A stretch of DNA of 64,000 bases from Candidatus Bathyarchaeota archaeon (GTDB taxonomy: Archaea; Thermoproteota; Bathyarchaeia; TCS64): contig CAVYVF010000002.1 of the NCBI GenBank assembly GCA_963771885.1, positions 352,001-416,000 on the forward strand, given 5' to 3'. Of this stretch, positions 49,501-59,326 are shown one piece after another. Each line of letters starts with the position of its first letter. Within the stretch, counting starts at the first letter, position 1. The translations under genes and the position numbers were made by a program. The notes beneath the pieces were generated by a model. That model had not been told where the DNA came from, did no database searches, and saw nothing but the letters and a program-made list of their open reading frames with translations.

Positions 49501-50586
49501 TCAGTGCTCCAGGACCTTGGGATTTGCTATCTGAGCCCTTCGAATCTCCTCACCATGGAGGTACTTGGCGGTCGCCTCCGCGACCTGCTGGTAGCCGCGC
49601 ATCTCCACCTCGGGGGAGCGCCCAGCGGTGTGGGGTGTGACGGTGACGTTATCCAGTTTCAGCAAGGGGTTATCCGGTTTGACGGGATCCTCCTCGAAGA
49701 CGTCCAGGGCAGCGCCCGCTATTCGCTTTTCCTTCAGCGCATCGTAGAGCGCCTTCTCGTCGATTATCTCACCCCTGGCTGAGTTGATGATCGTCGCCGA
49801 CTTTTTCATCATGGCGATGCGCTCGGCGTTTATCATATGGGTGGTCTCAGGCGTAAGCTTCGCGTGTATGGATATGAAGTCGGATGTGCGTAGGAGAGGC
49901 TCCAGCTCCACCTTAGCGCAGCCATCCTTGGCGAGTGCCTCAGCATTGATGTAGGGGTCGAAGACCTGCACGTTCATGTCGAAAGCGTGAGCCCGCCGTA
50001 AGACGCGTCTCCCGACTTCGCCAAAGCCGATCAGGCCGAGCGTCTTGCCCTCTAGTTCCTGGAAGGCGTACTGCCCGAGATACTTCCTTCCCATCTTCTC
50101 GACATCGGTGAAGTAGATGCCGGTCTTGAGCGCCATGTTGTGACGTGCGATGTGGCGTGACTCGGAGAGTATGAAACCCATCGTCTGGTCAGCGACCGAG
50201 ATGGCGTTCCTCCCGACTGTGCCTATGAGCATAATCTTGCGCGCGGTGGCGGCTACGGCGTCGACGTTCACTGGCCCGCCACGAGCGATACCGATCATCT
50301 TCAGGGCGGGATCAGCATCCATTACGGAGGCGGTCATCGGCGCAAAGCCGCTCAACACGATCTCGGCGCCTTTTATGCTCTCCTTGATGAACTCGGGGTC
50401 GCCATAGGCCTCCTTAACGTTCTCGATGACCTCTGTGGACCACTTGAAGGTACCAGCGCGGTTCTCAAGGTAGACGATGTCGTGCTTGGGGTAGTCTGAG
50501 TCAAGGCTGTCCCTCAACATCCCCTCCCAGATCGATTTAGCATCGACTTTCGACCACGAGTCGTAGAGTACAACGATCTTCGCCAT
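49501..50586 (-). CDS. D-2-hydroxyacid dehydrogenase (YoaD/PGDH-like)
   Basis: ARGGPVNVD, GRNAISVA, GLIGFGEVG, NSARG, LDVFEEDP, TPHTAG. Confidence 0.87.
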   Translation of the reverse strand: MAKIVVLYDSWSKVDAKSIWEGMLRDSLDSDYPKHDIVYLENRAGTFKWSTEVIENVKEAYGDPEFIKESIKGAEIVLSGFAPMTASVMDADPALKMIGIARGGPVNVDAVAATARKIMLIGTVGRNAISVADQTMGFILSESRHIARHNMALKTGIYFTDVEKMGRKYLGQYAFQELEGKTLGLIGFGEVGRRVLRRAHAFDMNVQVFDPYINAEALAKDGCAKVELEPLLRTSDFISIHAKLTPETTHMINAERIAMMKKSATIINSARGEIIDEKALYDALKEKRIAGAALDVFEEDPVKPDNPLLKLDNVTVTPHTAGRSPEVEMRGYQQVAEATAKYLHGEEIRRAQIANPKVLEH

Positions 50587-50656
50587 ATTTGCCGCCTCCC
50601 AACATTTCCCCGGGAACACTATTATGTGTTTCCAACAACCCCCGGGCATGGATGGA

Positions 50657-50812
50657 AACGATGTCCATGTTACGAATTAGTTGTGTATGATAAGCGGTTT
50701 ATGGACACGTTTCACGTCTGAAACAGGTAAACGCGACCCTTTTCGGGCTTATCCCTCTCAGAAATGTTTTACGCCTTATAATAGTTAAGTATCAATACTA
50801 TAGCCTAAAACA
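50657..50812. mobile_element. Possible MITE-like element formed by two inward-facing copies of the dispersed repeat
   Basis: Plus-strand copy ATGTCCAT-N17-TATGATAAGCG (50661-50696) and minus-strand copy ATAGTATTGATACTTAACTATTATAAGGCGTAAAA (50767-50801). Confidence 0.35.
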
Positions 50813-50945
50813 ATGTCCCGTGGCTCGGTGTAAGCGGTTCTCTATTGTCAAGCTCGTTTAGAAAATGCATAGGTTTAACCTCTGGTAACCCCGCCGTAGT
50901 AGAGTACAAGGCGCCTCGTGGGTGCCCTATACGCGGTGAAATGAA

Positions 50946-51119
50946 ATGACAGTGTACTTTGACAAGAGGAAGCCGGGTAGCGAGCCGAGGGAGCGTCCCC
51001 GCGAGGTGACGAAGGTAACGTGTTCGGATTGTGGAAAGGTCTGCGAGGTGCCATTCAAGCCCTCGGCCGGTCGACCGGTCTACTGCAGAGACTGCTTCTC
51101 TAAGCATAGGACAGCCTAG
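50946..51119 (+). CDS. CxxC-x17-CxxC zinc-ribbon microprotein (57 aa), absent from the ORF track
   Basis: MTVYFDKRKPGSEPRERPREVTKVTCSDCGKVCEVPFKPSAGRPVYCRDCFSKHRTA*; GGTGA RBS. Confidence 0.9.
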   Translation: MTVYFDKRKPGSEPRERPREVTKVTCSDCGKVCEVPFKPSAGRPVYCRDCFSKHRTA

Positions 51120-51180
51120 AGACACTCTAATACAGGTTAGGTGAGTATAGGCTCACCATTCTCAAAGGGAAGATCTTCAA

Positions 51181-51579
51181 CTATTCGGTCTTCTCCACCC
51201 AGTCGTCGAGCGACTCTATGGTCTTCAAGCTGAGTATGCCCATCAGTTGCCCTATCTTTCTTCTAAGGTCGACTTGGACGCGGACCCCCTCGGCTGCGAG
51301 TAGTGATGTAATCCGTTTAGCTAGTTTTATTCCCGTCTCGTCAAAGTCGGTCAAAACTAGCACGCATCGCGTCTTCTCCGAGAGGTGGAACGCAACGTCG
51401 TGTTCCACATGTCCCACGTGGGAGAAGACGTCGATAGGCGTCTCCACGCCGATGGCTCTTAGGGCGTCTACGTCCCGAGTTCCCTCAACGAGTATGAAAT
51501 CTATCCCATAGTGTCCACCAGTCAGGACCGCCTTCAGCTCGTCAAATGCCTCTCTCTGCCTCTCGCCCCGGCTGGTCAT
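51181..51579 (-). CDS. Small Toprim-domain protein
   Basis: ILVEG..D..AL, VLTDFD..G. Confidence 0.85.
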   Translation of the reverse strand: MTSRGERQREAFDELKAVLTGGHYGIDFILVEGTRDVDALRAIGVETPIDVFSHVGHVEHDVAFHLSEKTRCVLVLTDFDETGIKLAKRITSLLAAEGVRVQVDLRRKIGQLMGILSLKTIESLDDWVEKTE

Positions 51580-51583
51580 CTCT

Positions 51584-52963
51584 CTACTTCCCGGCTACGA
51601 GTATGATGGCGAGGTCGTTCACGTTCGTCCCCGTCGGCCCTGTGAGGATTAGGTCGCCAGTCCTCTCGAAGAGATGGTACGCGTCGTTCGAGCGGAGCGT
51701 TTTGTCGATTGACAGGTTCAGTCCGTCTATCCTCCCCGAGGTGGCGCCGTCCACGATCGCACCCGCAGAATCCGTGGGGCCGTCGAGGCCATCTGTGGCG
51801 AGTGAGGCGACGAGGCACGGCGTCCTTGCTATCCTCTTCGCCGCGCCGAGCGCCACCTCCTGGTTGCGCCCGCCCTTCCCTGAGCCCTTAACGTCCACGG
51901 TCGTCTCGCCGCCGACGATGATCGCGGCGGGGGCACCGATCGGTCTGCCCTTGCCCGCGATCTCCCGGGCTATCCCCGCGTAGACGCCACCGACGTGTCT
52001 CGCCTCGCCCTCGATCATCGTGGACAAAACCATCGAGTTGTACCCTAGCTCCGTTGCCTTCTTCGCCGCTGCCTCGGCTGCGTATGAGTTGTTGGCGACG
52101 AGGACGTTTTGGGTCTTCGTGAAAACGGGATCATCGGCCTTCGGAGTATCGGGTATCTCCCCGGCGAGCCCACTCTCGATGCGCCTCCTTATGGCTTCAG
52201 GGGCATCCTCCCACGAGTCGTACCTCACGAGGACGTCCTTTGCGTCGGCCCACGTCGTCGAGTCAGGGGCCGTTGGCCCAGAGGCTATCGTGTCGAGTGG
52301 GTCGCCGATTACGTCGGATAGGATCAGGCTCAACACCTCAGCTGGCTGGCAGCGCTTCGCGAGTTGCCCTCCCTTGAAAGAGTCGAGGTGCTTGCGGACA
52401 GCGTTGAGGTCGTTTATAGTTGCACCCCTCTTCAGTAGCTTGCCCGTTACGGCTTGGAGATCGTCCAACGCCATCCCCGCGGCTGGGCTCGGCATCAACG
52501 CGGAGCCACCGCCGGATATGATCACTATAACAAGGTCCATTCTCGTCAACCCAGTAACCATGGAGATCATCTCATCGACGCCACGGGCACCAGCCTCGTC
52601 TGGCACGGGGTGGGATGCGCCCACGAATTTGACCTGTGGGGCATGGTACTTGTCCTCGGTGCCTTTCAGGATGTTCACGACGCCGCAGGTCAGCCTGTCC
52701 TCGAGTAGATGTTTGACCGCCTCAGCCATGGGGCCGCCCGCCTTCCCGCCGCCTACGAGGAAGACCCGCTTGAAACGTTTTAGATCATAGGTCTTCCCCG
52801 GGACGCTGAGTTTACCGCTCTCTACGTTTACCTTGTCATAGATGGCCTGCTTTGGGTCGACCGCATCAAGCGCCGAGGCCAAGATATCTAGGGCGTCTCT
52901 GCGCAGCTTTACGTAGACGCCAGCGCCATTAGCTATAATTCGGTCTCCGTTGAGAAACCTCAA
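51584..52963 (-). CDS. Glycerate 2-kinase (type II, MOFRL)
   Basis: GGGKA, HPVPD, ISGGGSAL, SDVIGDP..IASGP, GGETTV, GGRNQE, TDG.DG, TGTNVND. Confidence 0.92.
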   Translation of the reverse strand: MRFLNGDRIIANGAGVYVKLRRDALDILASALDAVDPKQAIYDKVNVESGKLSVPGKTYDLKRFKRVFLVGGGKAGGPMAEAVKHLLEDRLTCGVVNILKGTEDKYHAPQVKFVGASHPVPDEAGARGVDEMISMVTGLTRMDLVIVIISGGGSALMPSPAAGMALDDLQAVTGKLLKRGATINDLNAVRKHLDSFKGGQLAKRCQPAEVLSLILSDVIGDPLDTIASGPTAPDSTTWADAKDVLVRYDSWEDAPEAIRRRIESGLAGEIPDTPKADDPVFTKTQNVLVANNSYAAEAAAKKATELGYNSMVLSTMIEGEARHVGGVYAGIAREIAGKGRPIGAPAAIIVGGETTVDVKGSGKGGRNQEVALGAAKRIARTPCLVASLATDGLDGPTDSAGAIVDGATSGRIDGLNLSIDKTLRSNDAYHLFERTGDLILTGPTGTNVNDLAIILVAGK

Positions 52964-53018
52964 CCCAGTACCACCTAGGGTAGAGGTGTGCGGATCACGT
53001 AAAAAAGAGTTGGAGGGC

Positions 53019-55230
53019 TTACTCCCTCACGAGGAACTCGGCCGCTGTCGGCGGCTCTGGCGCCATGCCCTTCCTAGTGCGTATCTTCTTCACCACCTCC
53101 AATCAGGAGGCTGTCGGGCACGTTGGCCCAGTGGTCGAAGGTGCTCTGCCAGAAGGCGGAGCCGCTCGTCGCGGCGCGCATCTCTGCGCTGAAGCCGATC
53201 GTCTCACTTACTGGCACGAAGCCCGTGACGACGGCGACGGCACCCTGCTGGTCCATGTCGTGGACCCTGCCCCTCTTCCTGCTTAGAAGGCCCGTGACGT
53301 TGCCCAGCCACTGAGCTGGAACACGGACCTGTATCTTGTAGATGGGCTCAAGGAGCGTCGGGCGCGCGGAGAGCATGCCGGCGTACATTGCGCCCCTGAC
53401 GGCGGGCATCATCTGCGCCGGACCCCTGTGGACGGGGTCCTCGTGGAGCGCTACGTCCACCATGTCGACCATAATACCGCGGACAATCTCACCTGCGAGT
53501 GGACCCTGCTGGAGCGCCCAGCTGAAGCCTCCCGAGATGTGCTCCTTGACCTCACGTATGCCCTGGATGCCGACGGTGCTGTCGACCATCATGTTGGCGT
53601 TCTCGTTGATGGCGAAGACCTGGCGCGCCTGCTTCTGGGTCCAGCCAGCCTTCTCGACGAGGATCTCTTCCATCTTCCTCTGGCTGGTGATGACGCTGAT
53701 CTCGCCGTTGCGGATGAGCTCGATTATCGTCGGGTCGAGCGGGGCGAAGTTGAAGTAGACCCTGTTGTGCTTGTTGGGGCTCTTACCCATGTACGGGCCG
53801 ACGCTGTCGCGGATCGCTTCACGGTATACGACTGTAGGTTCACTTTCCGTGACGTCGAGGTTGTACTCCCTCTTCAAGTCCTTGAGAGCGATCTCTAGGT
53901 GGAGCTCACCCATTCCCGCGAGGAGGTACTCACCAGTTTCTTGGTTGATAGTTGTGACTAGGTTGGGGTCTTGTATACTCATCTTCTGCATTGCGTCGAT
54001 GAGACGTGGTAGGTCGGTCGGCTTCTTAGGCTCGACGGCGATGGTTAGGACGGGGTCTGATGCGTACTTTATCGACTCGAAACCGATTGCGCCCTCCTTT
54101 ATGGATGGCTCGACTAGAGTCTCGCCTGCCCTGCCCTCACCTATACCGAGCAGAGCACAGATGTTACCCGCAGGGATCTCTTCGACGATCTCCCTGAACT
54201 GACCCATGTAGATGCTGACCTGTTGCGCCTTGAGGTCCTTCTTGGCACTTACGAGGTGGAAGTCCTGGCCCCTCCGTAGGGTACCGCTGAAGACACGCCC
54301 CGTACTAACGACACCTGCCTGTGGGTCGATAATGATGTTAGTAATGCATACTACTGTAGGGCCCTTGGGGTCGATCGCGTACATCGCCTTTCCCATCGGG
54401 CTCTCAGGGTCTCCCTTCCAGATCGTCCTGAGCCTGCGTGGTTGGGAGACGATTGGGTTAGGGAGGTGCTGCGTGACCATGCTGAGCATGGCCTCAGCGA
54501 GCGGGAGCTTTTCCTGAATCTCGGCGAGCTTACCGTCCTTATACATCTGGACTAGCTGCTTGAAAGTGATACCTTTCTTCTGCAGCATCGGGAGCGTGAA
54601 GCCCCAGCGATCGAGCGCGGATCCGAAGCAGACCTGGCCGACACCAGCGTTTACGGTCCACTCGTTCTTCAACTCGTCGGAAGCGAACGTCTGGACGATA
54701 GTGTTGAACTGGCCGATGATGCGCAGGATCTTAGCCTGCGCCATCTCGGCGTCCATCTTGAGCTCCTTGATAAGTCTGTCGAACTTGTTGATGTAGAGGA
54801 CCGGCCTGACTGCCTCGTCGAGGGCGAGCCTGAGGCGTACCTCGGTCATGATCTGGAACTCCTCGACGGCGTCAACAAGAAGGATGCAGCCGTCGAGCGC
54901 CCTCATGGCGCGCGTAACCTTACCACTGAAGTCGACGTGCCCGGGAGTATCGATCAGGTTAATGACGTAAGGTTGGCCTTTCTCGTCCTCATAGAGTAGG
55001 CTGATGTTCGCAGTCTTGATTGTAATACCCCTCGCCTGCTCCTCCTCTAGGTAGTCTAGGGCACGTGCCTCACCCGCACGGTCGGGCGACATGAGACCAG
55101 CCGCCGCGAGGAGGCTGTCACTCATCGTCGTCTTGCCGTGGTCAATGTGCGCGATAATACCAATATTCCTGATATGCTCCTTGTCGAGCATGAGACTCAG
55201 GATGTCGCCGGTCTGCTTGTAGCGTACCAT
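53019..55230 (-). CDS. fusA: Translation elongation factor 2 (frameshift in the last ~30 codons)
   Basis: AHIDHGKT, RGITI, DTPGHVDF, NKFD, GELHLE, SPNKHN, HEDPVHRG diphthamide loop. The shifted frame ends IRTRKGMAPEPP..FLVRE*. Confidence 0.95.
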
Positions 55231-55594
55231 GGATCGTCAAATCCCTTTTAACGAATTGTCTATAGACTAAAAATAGGCTCTTTTAAACCTATTTATCGGA
55301 TGGGCCAAATAATGATTAAACAACCCTCGAACTGGGGAGGAAAGAAAAATGGTAATATTACAATCAATACATGGGATAAGTATCGATAGGAGCCAAAATG
55401 AGCGCTCTGTGAGCTCCATTTCGCCAAGAAGTATTTCAAATCAACCGAGATTGCCAGTGAAAAGCATCGTTTACCGTGCAAATGACTACCGTATCCAGTA
55501 TATACTATAAGTTGTAGGGTGAGAAAAGTGTTATATTATCGTCAGGAGAACCGATCAACTCGATTATATTCTTTCAAAAAATGTGGTGGGCGCC

Positions 55595-56650
55595 TTATTC
55601 TTCATCCGCCGCAACGTCTTCGATGTGGCAGATCGCATTTTTCCCACGTAGAATGTTGTCGATCGATATCTCCGCGATCGCGGCGCTGTGTTCGGCGATT
55701 ATTTTGAACTCCCACGCGATCATATTGAATCGGGACGTCAACTGGGAATTGGTCGAGTGGAACTCATTAAGGAGCTTCTCCTCCTCGATCTGTACCGCCT
55801 CATAGAGGTCGACGGCGTCGCTAGCGACTTTGATGTCCTTTTCAACTATGCTTTTCATCGCCTTATCAAACATCGTGAAGCTCACTAGCGCCATCTGGCC
55901 TAGCCTCTCAATTAACTCGTTGTCCGAGTCCTTATTGTGATCCTCAAGCTTGAGGATGTTATTGCAGACCGAGTTGAGTCTATCCCCGATCATCTCAAGG
56001 TACCAGGCGATGAGATTGTACTCGGCGATCTCCATGGGGTCGGTGATGCCAATCGCCTCCGAGACGACGCGATTCTGCTGCGCCGAGGCGAGCAAGCGGG
56101 ATAGTAGCCAATAGATGGTGTCGGCCTCGTATTCTCGGGTGATTGCGTCCTTCGCGAGCTCCTGGTCCTTATCGATGAGGCTGTCTATTGCCTCCTTGAA
56201 CATGATGCTTGTGATTACATAGAGGCGCTTGACGACTGTTTCGAGAGGGAAGTTCTTGGGGTCAATGCTGCACTGGAGGAGGAGATGCTTGTCGCTCTCC
56301 TCGATGATGCCTATACCTAGTAGGCGCTGGGTGACTACGCGGATGCTCTCTATCTGTTCCCTCATGAGGCGGCGGTTCGACTCGACCCTGATCATGTTCC
56401 TACCGAGGACGTAGTTGCCTACGATGACTCTAGCGAGGATGGTTGTGTTGTCGCACTCATCTACGTTGACGACGTAGACGCTCGTGTCCTCCGCCTTACT
56501 GGGCTCCGGAGCAATACGAAGAGCGCCGTCGTTCTCCTCGCTGAGGAAGACGATGTCGCCTTTCTTCACATTCATTTTCTTAGCCCAGTTCATGGGTATG
56601 CTGACCGAGAGCGTCGAGTAACCGACTTTCTGTATCCTTCTGGGCTCCAT
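55595..56650 (-). CDS. PhoU-family phosphate uptake regulator with N-terminal AbrB domain
   Basis: RRIQKVGYST.SVSIP..W, YVLG, EAD..YWL, LEMIGD repeats. Confidence 0.88.
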   Translation of the reverse strand: MEPRRIQKVGYSTLSVSIPMNWAKKMNVKKGDIVFLSEENDGALRIAPEPSKAEDTSVYVVNVDECDNTTILARVIVGNYVLGRNMIRVESNRRLMREQIESIRVVTQRLLGIGIIEESDKHLLLQCSIDPKNFPLETVVKRLYVITSIMFKEAIDSLIDKDQELAKDAITREYEADTIYWLLSRLLASAQQNRVVSEAIGITDPMEIAEYNLIAWYLEMIGDRLNSVCNNILKLEDHNKDSDNELIERLGQMALVSFTMFDKAMKSIVEKDIKVASDAVDLYEAVQIEEEKLLNEFHSTNSQLTSRFNMIAWEFKIIAEHSAAIAEISIDNILRGKNAICHIEDVAADEE

Positions 56651-56743
56651 GTTGAACTTCCTTACAGTAATTATTGATACCCGCTGATATCGATTCTACT
56701 CGAACCAGTAATTATTTAAACATTTTGAAAATGACTATAAGCA

Positions 56744-57541
56744 TTAGCCGATTAATATAATTCCGCTCATTACTTTTGGGAAGGGAGGCATAAAGAATCG
56801 TGCGTATAACGCGAGGACGAGGACAGCGATAACGAGGGTGAGCGCTAGATAGTCCGACCTAGTCATCTTCAGCTCGTATAGGTTCGTGCGGTTCTTTGTT
56901 GCGCCAAAGGCGCGAGACTCCATCGCTTCGGCCAGCTCCAGACTCCTCCGAATCGAGTTGATAATCAGGGGTAGAAGAATCGGTATGTACTTCCTGATCC
57001 TCGATAAGAACCCACCCTTATCAAGCTCAAGACCCCTCGATCTCTGCGCATCCATGATTGTCTGCGCCTCGTCGGCGAGCACAGGCACGAATCTTATTGC
57101 CGTGATGAAGGCGAAGTTGAACTCATAGGGTACTCGGGTTTTCTCAAGAGCGAGGCTCAAGCTGTCGGGGGACGTGGTTAGGAAGAAGAGGCTGAAGCTC
57201 GTGATGAGCGAGAGGAATCGTAGTGTCAGGCTAAGGCTGTACTCGACCACGTCACTCTTGAGCGTCATGCCCTGGAAGAAGTAGAAGCTGAGGAGGTTCG
57301 TGGCGAAGATTATCAGGGCTAGGAACGCACCACCTCTCAGCGACTTGAGCCACTCCCGCCAAATCTTACCGTATATGACGAGGGGTATCTGTAGAATGAA
57401 GACGATGGAGAGAGGGATCAGGTCAAGAAATAGCACCGCTAATGTGAAGATCACCATCGTCATCAAGAACTTCACCCTCGGGTCCATCTTATGCAAGGGG
57501 GAGTCTCCCTTCGTGAATCGTAAGCCCTCGAGCAGACTCAT
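56744..57541 (-). CDS. ecfT: ECF transporter transmembrane component T
   Basis: SPLHKMDPRVK, RFVPVL, DAQRSRG, LAEAMESR. Confidence 0.92.
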   Translation of the reverse strand: MSLLEGLRFTKGDSPLHKMDPRVKFLMTMVIFTLAVLFLDLIPLSIVFILQIPLVIYGKIWREWLKSLRGGAFLALIIFATNLLSFYFFQGMTLKSDVVEYSLSLTLRFLSLITSFSLFFLTTSPDSLSLALEKTRVPYEFNFAFITAIRFVPVLADEAQTIMDAQRSRGLELDKGGFLSRIRKYIPILLPLIINSIRRSLELAEAMESRAFGATKNRTNLYELKMTRSDYLALTLVIAVLVLALYARFFMPPFPKVMSGIILIG

Positions 57542-59271
57542 TTGGTGTCCCTCTTCATTTTGCGGATTATGAGGTCCAGCGCCTCATCGACGCCCAGCAC
57601 GTCCTCTGGGAACCCGTAGTTGGACAGCTTCGAGAACAACTTCGTTACTTCGGGTGGCGCGACTGAACACGCCTTAAGTTTCTTCGCGTCAGTCATTATC
57701 TTCTTTGCGGAGCCGTCGGCGACTATTTTGCCCTGCGCCATGAGAACTATACGTGGCTGGCTCTCTGCAACGAACTCGACGTCGTGGGTGACTATCACGA
57801 CGGTTTTGCCTTGTGTCCTGAGTTGGAGGAGGAAGTGCTTGAGGCGCTCCTTCTGCCCGTAGTCCTGCCCCACTGTTGGCTCGTCGAGTATGAGGACGTC
57901 GGGGTCCCAAGCGAGGACCGATGCTAGGGCAACGCGCTTCCTCTCCCCCCCACTTAGTATGAAAGGGCTCGACTTCTTGTACCGCTCTATGTCGAGGAGG
58001 TTGAGTGCCCAGTTCACCCTCTCCTCGATGATCTTTTCGGCGTAACCGAAGTTCCTTAGGGCGAAGCTGATTTCCTCCTCAACGTCCTCGGCGAAGAGCT
58101 GGTCGTCGGGGTTCTGGAAGACTAGTCCGACCTTCCTCGCCATAGCGGCGACGCTCTTCTTAGCGATGTCCTCGCCGTCGACAATGACCTGTCCCATCTT
58201 CGGCCTGAGGAGACCATTGAAGTGCTTGACCATCGTCGTCTTCCCGGCGCCGTTCTCGCCCATTATGGCGACGTATTCCCCACTGTTTATGTCGAGATTT
58301 ACACCCCTGAGCGCTTCGACTCCCGTATAATAGGTATAGGTGATGCCCCGGAGCGTGATTATTGATGAGTGGCTGTACTCGCCCACGACGTCGCTCAGGT
58401 CCATGGGAATAAGTTTTGCTTGCGCCTTCCCCTCGGCAAGCTGCGGCGCTAGGCTCTTAAATGCCTCGTCTGAGTCGAGAGGTATGTCGATTTCTACCCC
58501 GTTCTGGCGGAGCTTCCTCCCCAATTCCACCATGCGGGGTATACCGACGCCGATAAGCCGCGTCTCGTCAGAAGTGAATATCTTCCTCGGGGAACCGTCG
58601 TTGACAACCTGGCCTTTGTTGAAGACCACGATGCGGTTGCAGTACTTTACGGCGAGGTCCATCCTGTGCTCGATGAGGATGATTGTAATGCCCTGCTCCT
58701 TGTTGAGGGTGCGGAGAATGTTGAATATCCTCTCGGCGCCCACAGGGTCGAGATAAGCGGTGGGCTCGTCCATCACGATTATGCCGGGATGCATAGCGAG
58801 GACCGAGGCGATGGTGAGACGTTGCTTCTGCCCCCCGGAGAGCTCGTGTGTACCTCTCTCGCGTAGCGGCATGATCCCTACACGGTCCATCGCCCACCCT
58901 ATCTCCTCCCGCATCTTGTCCCGACCGATCCCGAGGTTCTCCAAGCCAAAGGCTACGTCCTTCTCAACCGTCAGCGAGAAGATCTGGTTGTCGGGATTCT
59001 GGAAGATGAGGCCGACGCGCTTCGCCAGCTCATACGTCGGCTGGGATCCCGTGTGGAGCCCATCGACGCTTATCTCTCCCTTCATCTCGCCGTTGTAAAA
59101 GTGGGGGATCAAACCGTTCAGGCAGCGGCAGAAGGTCGTCTTCCCACAGCCACTTGGTCCGGTGAGGAGGACGAACTCACCGGAATCGATCTTTAAGTTG
59201 ATGTCACGGAGAGCCGGTTCATTGACGTTGGGGTAAGTGTACGTGAGACCGCGAACATCTATTGTGCCCAA
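57538..59271 (-). CDS. ECF transporter ATPase, fused A-A'
   Basis: Two NBDs: GPSGCGKT/FQNPD/LSGGQ/MDEPT and GENGAGKT/FQNPD/LSGGE/LDEPT. Confidence 0.92.
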   Translation of the reverse strand: MGTIDVRGLTYTYPNVNEPALRDINLKIDSGEFVLLTGPSGCGKTTFCRCLNGLIPHFYNGEMKGEISVDGLHTGSQPTYELAKRVGLIFQNPDNQIFSLTVEKDVAFGLENLGIGRDKMREEIGWAMDRVGIMPLRERGTHELSGGQKQRLTIASVLAMHPGIIVMDEPTAYLDPVGAERIFNILRTLNKEQGITIILIEHRMDLAVKYCNRIVVFNKGQVVNDGSPRKIFTSDETRLIGVGIPRMVELGRKLRQNGVEIDIPLDSDEAFKSLAPQLAEGKAQAKLIPMDLSDVVGEYSHSSIITLRGITYTYYTGVEALRGVNLDINSGEYVAIMGENGAGKTTMVKHFNGLLRPKMGQVIVDGEDIAKKSVAAMARKVGLVFQNPDDQLFAEDVEEEISFALRNFGYAEKIIEERVNWALNLLDIERYKKSSPFILSGGERKRVALASVLAWDPDVLILDEPTVGQDYGQKERLKHFLLQLRTQGKTVVIVTHDVEFVAESQPRIVLMAQGKIVADGSAKKIMTDAKKLKACSVAPPEVTKLFSKLSNYGFPEDVLGVDEALDLIIRKMKRDTK

Positions 59272-59326
59272 GGTAGCCCTCCGAGCATTTCTCTCATATC
59301 CGACCCCTAAAATATAATAGTTTCAT

